Assembly: GCA_013239625.1 (NCBI GenBank)
Contig: MU054049.1
Span: 2,359,892 to 2,409,403, forward strand
Source of the DNA: Lama guanicoe
Taxonomy: Eukaryota
Reading direction: 5' to 3'
DNA length: 49,512 nt
The number at the start of each line of letters is the position of its first letter. Positions within the stretch are counted from its first letter, which is position 1. The notes under the pieces are model-generated. The model was not told where the DNA came from. It saw only the letters and a list, made by a program, of their open reading frames with translations, and made no database searches. The position numbers were made by a program, and so were the translations under genes. Of the stretch, positions 39,144-49,512 are shown in pieces.

Positions 39144-39212
39144 TAACATCGAGTGTAACAGTTTTCCACAACAATGTAACTCTCCTGGCATGGGACACAA
39201 TGCTGCTGCTGC

Positions 39213-42200
39213 TTTTTTTTGTTGTTGTTGTTACAAAGGTGTTTAGTTTATTCTCATCAGTATCACTGACATTCTCATAGTTCACATTTCCCAGTGCAGC
39301 TCCTCTTACAGTAGTTAATGTGCAATCTCACTTATGGGCCCGGGGAGTGGGGCTTGGCCCAGGGCAAGGAGGGCGTTGGCATTCCACGCAGTCAGGGTGG
39401 GCCATCTGTCCTGAGTGAAAGAGGTGCAGGTGAATGGGCAGCCAGGGGAGGCGGAGGGGGGCCCCCCACAGTCGTTTTTGCATTGGTCAGTGATTCTCTA
39501 CTAGTGCTCCTTTCTGGCTGCCCGGGGTGGGGGTGGGGGGTCCATGCGGCTCAGGGTCGGGCAGGGGCGGGGAAGGGAGAAGGAAAAGCAGCAGGAGGCC
39601 CAGGAGCAGGGATGGCAGGGTGGGAGGGGCGCAAGGGTGGCTCCTGGGGTAAGGCACAACCCTTTCTTTGGCTCTCCTGGTGAGGAGTTTCTACCTCTGC
39701 ACCACACTCAGCTCCTCTCTCCACCCCTTACCCCACCAGACCCCTCTACACACAGTCCTGGGAGCTGGGGCACCTCCTGGGGTTCCTGAAATGAGAGGGC
39801 TCTGCCACCCAACCCAGTGCTGCAGGAGCTCGGAGAAGGAATAGGGGCAAGCCCCACCTGAGGACAAGGCAGGGAGGGGCTGGGCAGGGGCCTGCCCAGG
39901 ACAAGGGGTTGTGGGGAGGGAGAAGACCCCAGTCCCAGAGAGCTGGCCCCCGCTAAGGCCTGGAAGGAGGGGAACGCCTAGGGACTCCTGCTTCCTTTTG
40001 GGGTCTGGCTGGTGCCCCAGCCCACCCCTGGGCCTCGGTTGGCCCGGCAGCTTGCCAAGTGACTAGGATATTGTGGTTTGGGATCGATGCTGGGTTGGGG
40101 TGTCAAGGCCAGGATGAGGGGCAGGGGGAGGTGTGACTAAGGTGCTTGTGCTTTAGCTGGGAGTGTCTACTCCGCCCACACACTCGGGCCGGCTGAGGGC
40201 TAGGTGCCAGGGCCAGAAAAGCAGAGTGACACTCGCCACCCCTGCAACAAGTAGATGTCAGGAAGGACCCCCTCCCTGCAGGCTGGCAAGGGCTCCTTGG
40301 TAAGGAGGGAGGTCTCCAAGTCAGATTCCAAGGGTCCAGCTGGCCCCTACTCCATGTCCCATAATCCCCCTGCCTCTGTTACGGAAATGACAGGCCAGCC
40401 AAGAAACAAGCACCACTCGTAGGGTTGGAGTACTCAGATCTATTACGCCGGCGGGCTCAGAGGGGCTTCTGCTCCGAAGCTCTTGAGCCCCTCCAAGACG
40501 TGCGCATGAGGTTTTATAGGGTTAAGTACAAACTTGGGGTTTTCGGCCAATAGGCATGGAACAGGTTTAACAGCATCATTATCACAAAAGTAGAGGCAGG
40601 GAGGCAGCAAACCAGTATTTCAAGGCCAGATAGGTCTCTTTGAAAATCCAGCTGGCTAGCAAAAAAAACATGGACAGGGAATCAGCAAGCCAACACTAAT
40701 TAACTTAGATTTACGAGTTAGCCTAGCAGAACTCAGATCAGTAATCCGACACTTGTTATTAGCTTGTTTGCCCAGTCCAACTTTTCCTTCATACCTCTAG
40801 AAAGAGAGGCTACTGGGAGCAATGGGCTGGTCAGACTAGGGAGGAGACAGAAGACAAGGGCTAGAGACAAAAACGTGAAATTTCTAAGAAATGACACCCT
40901 GTGTTGGGGGGGAAGGGGGCGGGGAGGTAAAAAACAATCCTTCGAGTTCACAAATAAAACTCAACCCCCCCCCAAAAACCCATCACTCGTGGAGTTGGGA
41001 GAGGCTAGGAAGATAGGAATGGTAAAAGAAAAAATTTCTGCAAACAATCGCTAATAACGGAAGTGGGCTTGGCCCTGCCAGGAACTGGGCTCAGCCAACT
41101 GACCAAAACCAGGGATGCCCTTCCGATGTAGCTCTATCGGGGAGGCATCAGGGGTGAGGGGGAGCTGGCCAGACCCACAGGAGCCCAGACAGAGTAGGGG
41201 TTGGGACCCCACCTTGGAAACTCAAGCCCACACTCCATATGCATGCGCTCATTCAGCCTGTTCCCGGCCTCCTACCCCCATCTTGCCTTCCAAGACCCCA
41301 GGGACTGAAGGGAACATCAGGTATGGTCCCGTTGGTTTGAAAAATAAAAGGAGTCTTGTACTTCAACATTTCATTAACTAAAAAAAGTTTTAAAAAAGTA
41401 TGCACAGGGGGTAGGGGCTGGGAGCCGTGCCATGGGGGCGGAGTAGGGGTGGGGAAGGGAGGGAAAAGCAGCAGCCCCCCACAGCCTGCTCCCCTGGGTT
41501 CCACCCCTGGTCCTACTGCCTCTTATATGTTCATTTGTTTAAAAGCAAAACTTATACACAAGCACGCATGCACACACACACATGCACACCCACATGATTA
41601 AGCCCTGGAAATCTAGCCTCAGAGACCCTCTGTCTGCCCTCAAGGGCCCCCTCACTCAGGACCTGCCCCTCTGGCTAAGCACAGGGTGGAGGAAGAGAAG
41701 GGCGCTGGGCCTTCCACTGCCCACCATCTTAGGTCAGTCATGGAAATTCTGAGCCTCAGTTTTCTCAGCTGTAAAATGGGCAGCCCTCACAACCTTGCCT
41801 ACCCCAGCCCCCAGGCACAGGGACAGGTGAGGGAGACAGGAAGGTGCTTTTGGAAACGTGGAAGCACTGGTAGGTGGTGGTGGTAGGGGTCCTGAGAATC
41901 CCAGGCCCCCGCAAGTCCCAAGGGGCTGTGGTGGGGGGGTGGAGGCTGAGGGATGCTCCTGCTAGGTGGCCCAGGGCCTGAGAAAGGGGACCTCCTAAGC
42001 CCCCCAGGCTGGCCCCTCCCTGTCCCCGGCCTGGTGAGTGGGGAGACAACTGCTAGGGGTTAGATGGGGAGCAAGAGCTCCCCCACTGCACAAGTGTGTG
42101 CTGGATAAGGCAACGCAGACCTCCACCACCTGCCATCCTCTTCCAGCCTGATCCCCAATCGGATTGGGGTCAGGGGGTCGGACAGGGGAGGCAGAGGGGC

Positions 42201-44131
42201 TGGGAGCATGCAGCATCCCCTGTGGGTCCTGGGGAAGGGCAGACAGTAGCTCATGACCAAGATGGTGGGAGGGTATGACAAGAGGGGGCAGTGTGACCAC
42301 CCCGCGGGAGGGTTTGGTGGGGGTTACTGGAGGGCCTCCTCTGCTGAGGGGCCAGCCTCGCCATCGTGGCTGGCCGTCTCAAAGCCGTGCTCCACACCCT
42401 TAATGTCCGGCTTTATCTTGCCCGTGTAGCTGATGAAGGTGGTGTAGGCGTCACCCTTGGCCATGAGCAGCTTGACCTTGGGGATGCAGCTCTTATGCAC
42501 AACGCAGCGGGCGTTGGTGCACATGTCGGCCACGATGGCATTCATCTCGCTTTCGTTGAAGTTGGGAGCAAAGTTCTGCCAGTAGTACTTGACGGCGTGG
42601 AGGACGCGACTATCTGATTTGCGGCTGGGGTTGTTACTGGAAGAGCTGATGCCCGGGCTGCCGCTGTTGGCCAGGGTGTTCTGGTCAAAGAAGGAGGCCA
42701 GGAGGTGCCACAGCAGGACCTTGTGCCGCGTGCCTGCACTGACATGGCAGTTCATGAGCTGTGCCCTCGTGATGTTCACTTTGGTGCCTGTCACAAGCTC
42801 CAGCTTCTCGGAGGGGTCACCCTCATTGTAGAGCTTGGGGTGGTAGCGGTTGACAATCTAGTTGAACTCAGCCGGAAGAGACGCCAGGTCTTGCCGCACA
42901 CAGATATGATTCCGGGACTCGGGCCACCTGCTCAGGGAGGGCCTCCACCTTCTCGGCGGTCTGGCCAATGTTTATCATGCTGTACGTGGTGTACATGTTG
43001 CAGCTCTGCTGGTACTGCTTGTCTGTGTCCTCCTTGCCCACAGCCGCCTCATCCTCCTCGTTGTGGTAGGAGCCGGGGCTGGAGGTGCCAGGGCTGGTCC
43101 GCTCCAATGTGCTGGGCCCACTCACTACTCCCCCTGCTGCTGCCGCCACCACCACTGCCCCCCAAGTCGGTTGCCCAGCCCCAGGCCCCTGCAGCCACCC
43201 CTGTGGGCTGTGCCACCCCCCCCCACTGGGGCCTGCTGGGACTGCCGGTTGGCGGCCAGGTCTGGCATGGCAAACTTGGGGTTAGGAGAGGGGGAGCAAG
43301 AGCTCCCCGACTGCACGATTGTGTGCTGAAGAAGGCAACATTGGCCATCTTCAGCTGCTGTTGCCACCACTGCCACCCCCAGCCTCATTCTGACCACTGC
43401 TTGGCCACAGGTGTGCACTGCTCAGAGTCTAACTGCTGCTGCTCTGTCTTGACACGCGACACAAGGGGCAGCGGGGTGCCACAGGCTGGCCAGCTTGACG
43501 TCTGCACCACAGGGCTCTGGGGCTCGGACAGGGGGGCCTCCTTGGCGTGCAGACCCTGGGAGTCGCAGCTGGAAGAACTCTGTGCCTTTCTCCATGATCT
43601 CCTGGATCTGCAGGAAGCCGGCTGTATACATGAGCAGGAACTGGTCACCAATGTTCATGCTCAGCCGGCCCGTGTAACAAAAGCTGAGGATCTCCTGGAA
43701 GGACTGGGGCTGCATGGCCACCAGCAGCTCCACCATGGCGCTCCGGCTGCTGTTGAACACATCCTGGAAGTAGGAGCTGCTGGCAGCCAGCATGGCCAGG
43801 TGGGCCTTGAAGGCGTGGCCCTTGACCATCACTGACACATCACAGTACAGGCCCTGCAGCTGCTGTTCCTTGAGGCACTCCAGGATGCTGATGCAAAAGT
43901 TCAGTATCTCCATCTGCACGGTCTGGGCCATGGCGGTGGTGGCTGTGCTGTGGCTGCGCTCCAGGGGCTCCTGGCGGGCTCCACAGCGGTGGCTGGGGCT
44001 GGGCCTGGGCCTGGGGCATGCCCCCTGTGCCGGGCCCTCCGCCTCTGTGGCCATTGCGGCCTCTGCATCAGCAGCAGCGGCAGCCGCAGCGGCCATTCAT
44101 TGTGGGCCAGGCCACCCCAGCCGAGCGCCGC
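39213..44131 (-). pseudogene. NACC1: Near full-length processed pseudogene of NACC1 (BTB/POZ + BEN): 5' UTR, CDS remnant 43931-42324, long 3' UTR and poly(A)
   Basis: MAQTVQMEI...[19 protein letters not shown] (BTB) and [21 protein letters not shown]...NFAPNF...MCTNAR (BEN), ending [11 protein letters not shown]. Intronless, frameshifted, stop at 42858-42860. AATAAA on the minus strand at ~39247-39252, T-tract at 39213-39220. TSD CACAATGCTGCT at 39196-39207 (followed by extra GCT units) and 44132-44143, with TT/AA at the right junction. Confidence 0.96.
40377..40793 (-). mobile_element. Solo ERV LTR inserted in the NACC1 retrocopy 3' UTR
   Basis: CCTC flanks both sides (40373-40376, 40794-40797); a 6-bp TGCCTC/TACCTC with the end at 40791 is the alternative reading. 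TATAAAA on the minus strand at ~40513-40519. R/U5 resembles the 26978/36953 LTRs. CpG-rich. Confidence 0.85.
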
Positions 44132-45689
44132 CACAATGCTGCTTAAGTATTGCACAAAGTCTAATTGTAACATTCAGGTCATTAGTATACTCTTAAGTAT
44201 ACTGTGATAAGTAGACAGGGTTATTGACATTTGTATATTTATAAAATATTTTATGTTTTGCAATATCATCAGTTCATAAATAAACATAACAGTAATAGTA
44301 GTAACATTCCTTTTGCATATTCCTTTTAAATTATGAACAAATTCTGTGGTTCAAGTCATCATCATCATCATTTGTTGATGACTTTACTAACTTCATACTA
44401 TGCTGGTCACTGAAATTTAGTATATCTATTTTTCTCCACAATAACAGTGAATAGGTTGCCCTACACCTTCTCCTGAAGAGACAAATTCAAGTGGATCACA
44501 CAACTGGGAAATGCAGAGCTGAGACATTGTTAGACCTCTCCAAATCCAAAGGCCATGCTGTTTCCAAATTTCATAACACAATATTTTAAGGTAGGAACAA
44601 ATCCATTGTTGGGATATCTCAACCTAAGAGAGTTAAATTTATCTGAATTTTTTTTATCCTTCCGTTAATATCTTTGGTGAGTTTCTGACCTATGAAATGG
44701 CATGGGCCTTAGAGATGATTTACCTAGCATGTTCATTTTATAGAAGAGAATGGAGTCCAGAGACACTGGGGATTCCTCAACATGGTATAAGCTGTAAATC
44801 CAGGATTTACAGCACTTTTCCATGGCTCCAGGCTGGCATGTGAGGAGGATGGGGAGTGAACGGTAGTTCACAGGACTGGCCCACTGGAGAGGATATTTTC
44901 CAAACTTAGCACACTCATTCTTACATCAAAGCTCCAAGAAATTTCTCCTTCTGCTCTTCAGGCCCCTCAGTAAATCACTTTTCTTATAATGGTGTTTGGG
45001 CGTAGCATGTCAATATTAAGCTGAAAGTCAGCACTGTGGAGTTGTGACTCACCCACCTGCCATGAGCCAAGTTCCCTGAAGTGATGCTTATGCAACCAAA
45101 CTGCTCACCCCAGGGTGGCACTGTCCCCAGGGCTGCCTGAAGGTGCCTCTGTCTCTATTCCAGTAGCAGGTCCTTCAAGTCACCACTGCCCCTGACCCAC
45201 GCACACAAGAGTCACCTCAGGGTGGGGCAGGGCTTCCTCCTCTTGCAGTTAATCTCTTCCAAGAAATGGAGAGCTTTCTCTGCATTGAGGGGAAAGGAGA
45301 GGAAAGGAAAAATCATTTCAAGAACCTGTGGTTCCAGAATGGGGTGAATATGCATCCCATGTTCCCAGTGTCCCTGGCTGACAAAAGTGCTGTTTCTATA
45401 GCCCAGAATTTTTCATACCTCAAGAAAGCTTCTTGACACCCCTGACCACTGACAAGGACAGAAAAAACAACTACATTTCACTGTGTGGGCTGGGATTTAA
45501 CGCTGGGACTACTTGGAAGTAATGAAAGATCTGCCTCTGCCTCCACCTGTGAATAAAACCCCTCCGAACATGCAACATTGTTGTCCACCTCCTACACCCG
45601 CTAATAGAGCAGGCAGAGTCTTCAGAGTTCAGCCTAGAGAGCTGCTGAGACAAGGTTTCTCCCATTGAAGTACCCACTGTCATGGGCAC

Positions 45690-45990
45690 ATCTTCTCCAA
45701 TACACCTTTGTTTTTGCACTACGCTCCTCACCTTTACACATGGAGAAGTATCCTTGTTCGGTTATGTCAATGACAAGTACGTAAGCCAGCCCTCTGGCCC
45801 CTCCCACCAGTCAGCCATCCCCCTCCCCGATTCAAGGAACCAACCCACCCCACTCTGAAAGCAGCAAGGGCACCTGTTCCTTGTTCTCGCTCCCTAGTGC
45901 TGGAGCATGAGTCCCAGTAAAGCCTTGCCTGAATGCCTCCTCCAGCCTGTTACCAATTTCTATTGATTCAACGATCCAAGGACCGAAAAC
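45690..45990 (+). mobile_element. Partial ERV LTR (3' portion)
   Basis: AGTAAAGCCTTGCCTGAAT...CAATTTCTATTGATT...CCAAGGACC...ACA resembles an R/U5 end. 5' boundary and TSD not resolved. Confidence 0.5.
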
Positions 45991-47652
45991 AGCATCATTC
46001 ACATAAGGTAATCTCTTCTTTTTACCTCATATCATATTTCTACAAATACCCATATATTTACTGCTCACACTAATCCTTCCTGCAATGTCTAGTTACTTTG
46101 ATTGTGAAACTGGTTCTGAGCAGAGTACTCTGAGGGTGCCAGGAGTACTCTCCTGACACTCAGTGATGAAGACAAGGGCAGTATTACTGAGTTTTACTTT
46201 TGCCTCTGGCTCCAGTACTGAGTACTATAGCTCAATACAAGTCTTTTCATGATCCCATCTTCATTTCAAAGTCTGACATTTTGCTCATGAAGGACTTTTT
46301 GGCACTGATTCTGCCCTTTAGACTAGTTATTGCATTAAAATCCCATTTATCTTGATTTCTGAGTGGTTGGTTGTCCCCTATATTGTGCCCATGCCCAGTG
46401 CCCTCTTGCCTCCCCTGGTTCTAGCCCTGAGTTGAAGCTTCTCTGTCTTTGCTCTTATAGGTTCCCATCCTGCCTAGTTTTTTTCCACACACTCTTTATA
46501 GTTGACATCCACTGTGGGGTTCAGTCCTAACATAGCCCAGGATCCTCAGTTTGAGAATTCAAGGACTTTCATACCTTACCTTAGAGCTCTGCCTCAATCA
46601 CTGGTGGTGTGAACCAAGTTCCTCCTTGATGCAGTGGCAAGTCCTTGCCTGACTTCTGCATCGAATGACCTCAAGGCACTGCTGTGGGTCCTCAGTGGGC
46701 CTCAGCACTGCGCATGCGTGGGGCTCTCCTTGGACATAGGGGAAGTGGCTCCATCTGCTACTCTACTGAGCATGTGCAGGGCCCTCAGGCATTTACTTGC
46801 ACTGTTACTGAGTCTAGTTTGCCCAGACTTTTGAGATACTGGGTGGGTGTCATGGCTGTTACTCACCCACGTGGATTTTGCATTAATGGGGGATACCTTG
46901 TAATCTAGACTTGTTGTAAATGGGTTTTGGTTTTAATATCTTATGCTCTGTGTTTATGTGGAGGTTCTGGAAGACAAAAATTGCTTTCATCACCATGACC
47001 ATCTTCCTAGAATTCTTAAACTAATTTTATCTTTAAAAGAAAACAATGGAGAAGTAGAATTATTTTTCAAGTACAGAAAGCATTAGAAAAAAAATACACT
47101 AAAAAACCCCACAAAAGACTATTGTTTGCTCAATGCCTATGTGTTTTCTCATTGTTAACAAAGTAGATTTCAACTGCTAAAGATGTGACAGCTCCTGGTC
47201 CAGGCAAGACGTAGACTAGACAGTCCAAACACCCTTGTGCTACAAACACCCAGATGTGGGATGGCCTGGCCAAGCTCAGGAGAGAGAAAGGGAGAGGCCT
47301 CAGAGTGAAAAGGAAGGGAGAACTGGGTTCCAGTTTGTGATACAATGTGTCAGCTGTGAGGGAGGGGGTCCTGCCATTGGTCCATGGAGCCAGGTGAGCT
47401 TCTGTCTGAGTCCCTCCCCTATTGATGGGAGAGAAGTCAGGATCAGGGATGCAGACACAAAGGCACATAAACCCATGTCTGTGGGTGGATTATGTCCCTA
47501 GTAGAAGGTTGACTAGAAAACATTTTACTCACTGAGGAAGCTTTGCTGTCTGGACTCTGGGTGAGAAGAGAGAGACTCCTCTGAGGGGAAGAATTACTAG
47601 TCCTGTGCTGAGGACTGAATGTAATGTTTTTGAGTTTTTCCAGCCTCCCCCT

Positions 47653-48009
47653 CTGAGGACTGAATGTTTATTTCCTCCCAAGTTCATATGCTGGCATCCG
47701 AACCTCTAAGGTGATTGTATTAGGAGGGGGCCTCTGGGAACTGATTAGGTCAGAAGGCAGGACCCTCATGAATGGGATGAATGCCCTTGTGACAGAGGCC
47801 TGAGAGCGCCCCCTTGCCCCTTCTGCCAGGTGAGAACAGAGTGAAAAATGGCCTCCTGTGAACCAGAACATGCGCCCTCACCTGACACGGAATCTGCACG
47901 CAGTTTGATCTGGATATCAGGATCTAAAACTGGCAGAACTAAATTTCTGTTGTTCATATGCCACCTAGTGTAAGGTACTTGTTATAGCAGCTCACATGGA
48001 GGAAGACAG
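47653..48009 (+). mobile_element. MLT1A-like (MaLR) LTR
   Basis: GGACTGAATGTTT...GTATTAGGAGGGGG...CCCTCATGAATGGGAT...TAAATTTCTGTTGTT...TTGTTATAGCAGC. Confidence 0.75.
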
Positions 48010-48499
48010 CCTGTGACTCAGGCAGTGAGTGCTGGATTACAAGTGCCATGGGTATAAGTACACAGAGGAAAGGGTGGAGGTGCGGAGTTGGGGACATTTT
48101 GATGTAACTGAAGTGGTAACTGAAGTCTTTTAACATGAAGGAAATGATACTTAAGAAAAACACTGTGTAATCATCTCCACAGAGTCCAAAAAAGCACTTG
48201 AGAAAATTCTACATCATTTTCTGATTAAAAACCAAGATAACACTTAACAAAATGGCAATAGGCAGCAATGTCCTTAACAAGCAAAAAAAAAAAAAAATCA
48301 AAACCCCTAAACCAGCAGGGATCCATTATCACCAAAACATGCTCCAATCTATCATGAACAAGGATCAGCAGATACTATGACTGCAGAGAGTCCCAAACAC
48401 CAAACCAAAGACCTTCATGATACAGAATAATTTGATAAAAGTATAAAAGAAGTTCCTCTAAATTGGTTAAAGACCTTAAAAGTTCCTATTGGAACCATA

Positions 48500-49512
48500 A
48501 ATTAATGAAGATAATATGAAATTGCATACAAAAAATTAGAATACTTAGGAATAAATCTAGCCATGGAAGTGAAAGACTAAGAGAACTACAAAACATTCAC
48601 TAAGGAAATTAAAGATACCTTAAGGAAATGGAAAGATATCCCCATGCTCTTGGACTGGAAGAATTAATACTGTGAAAATGGCTATACTCCCCAAAGCGAT
48701 CTACAGATTTAATGTGATCCCTATCAAATAACCCAGGACATTTTTCACAGAAGTAGAACAAATAATCCTAAAATTTATATGGAATCAGAAAGACCTAGAA
48801 TTGCCAAAGCAATACTAACGAAAAACAATGAAGCTGGACGAATAACCCTCCCAGACTTCAGACAATACTACAGAGCTACAGTCATCAAAACAGCCTGGTA
48901 TTGGCAAAAAACAGACATACGGATCAATGGAACAGAATGGAGAGCCCAGAAATAAACCCACAGACTTTCGGTCAATTAATCTTTGACAAAGGAGGCAAGA
49001 ACATACAAGGGAGTAAAGACAGTCTCTTCGGCAAATGGTGTTGGAAAAGTGGGACAGCTGGGTGTAAATCAATGAAGTTAGAACACTCCCTCACACCATG
49101 TATAAAAATAAACTCAAAATGGCTTAAAGACATAAACATAAGACAGGACAAGATAAAACGCTTAGAAGAAAACAGAGGCCAATTATCTGACATAAATCTT
49201 AGGAAGGTTCTCCTAAGGCAGTCTACTAGGCAATACAATAGAAATCAAAAGTTAACCAATGGGACCTACTAAACTTACAAGCTTTTGCACAGCAAAGGGA
49301 CCCATAACGCAAACAAAATGACAACCTATACAATGGGAGAAAATATTCACAAATGAAATGATGCNNNNNNNNNNNNNNNNNNNNNCAACTTAACAACAAA
49401 TAACCCACTGCAAAAATGGGCAGAAGACCTAGACAAGCAATTCTTCAATGAACACATACAATGGCCAATAGACACATGAAAAATGCTCAGTATTGCTAAT
49501 CATCACATCAGA
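48500..49512 (+). mobile_element. L1 ORF2 3' portion running off the window end, with a 20-N assembly gap at 49365-49384
   Basis: [46 protein letters not shown], typical of ORF2p downstream of the RT domain. Confidence 0.92.

Larger units (their letters stand above)
36953..39173 (+). mobile_element. Deleted class I (gammaretrovirus-like) provirus: 5' LTR 36953-37494, PBS, leader, gag 5' part, last ~30 bp of 3' LTR
   Basis: TG...CA ends with 4-bp TSD ATGT (36949-36952 and 39174-39177). TATA at 37322-37328, AATAAA at 37384-37389. Segment 39144-39173 matches the end of the 5' LTR. Confidence 0.9.

Noticed and set aside
42705..43835. 376-aa plus-strand ORF, the longest in the window
   Set aside because: Antisense shadow of the GC-rich NACC1 coding remnant; no recognisable domain.
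39213..44131. A functional NACC1 gene
   Set aside because: Intronless, with poly(A), TSD, frameshifts, a premature stop and an internal insertion.
47608..47667. 15-bp direct repeat CTGAGGACTGAATGT at the MLT1A start
   Set aside because: Short local duplication with an unassignable 30-bp spacer; no mechanism can be supported.
49365..49384. Run of N inside the L1
   Set aside because: Assembly gap, not biology.

Overview
Mammalian genomic DNA, probably camelid: I saw no Alu, Bov-tA, PRE1 or CAN SINEs, and the L1 3' ends look camelid-like (inference). It holds the CpG-island promoter and coding exons 1-2 of ALOX5 (minus strand) plus ~33 kb of upstream DNA. Other gene-derived sequences are a decayed OR6-family olfactory receptor pseudogene, a near full-length NACC1 processed pseudogene, a 5'-truncated SSB (La) processed pseudogene in ALOX5 intron 1 and a U6 snRNA retrocopy in intron 2. 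The upstream region is dense in retroelements: a Thr-tRNA-primed gammaretrovirus-like provirus with a large internal deletion, a solo LTR of the same family, a related LTR inside the NACC1 3' UTR, nested LTRs and L1 fragments. The most unusual structures are an L1 3' transduction ending at a captured LTR poly(A) signal, two short locally templated insertions, a poly(A)-only insertion, a 5'-inverted L1, and convergent LTR promoters around the NACC1 3' UTR. No new protein-coding system is demonstrated. All family names come from motif recognition by eye, not database searches.
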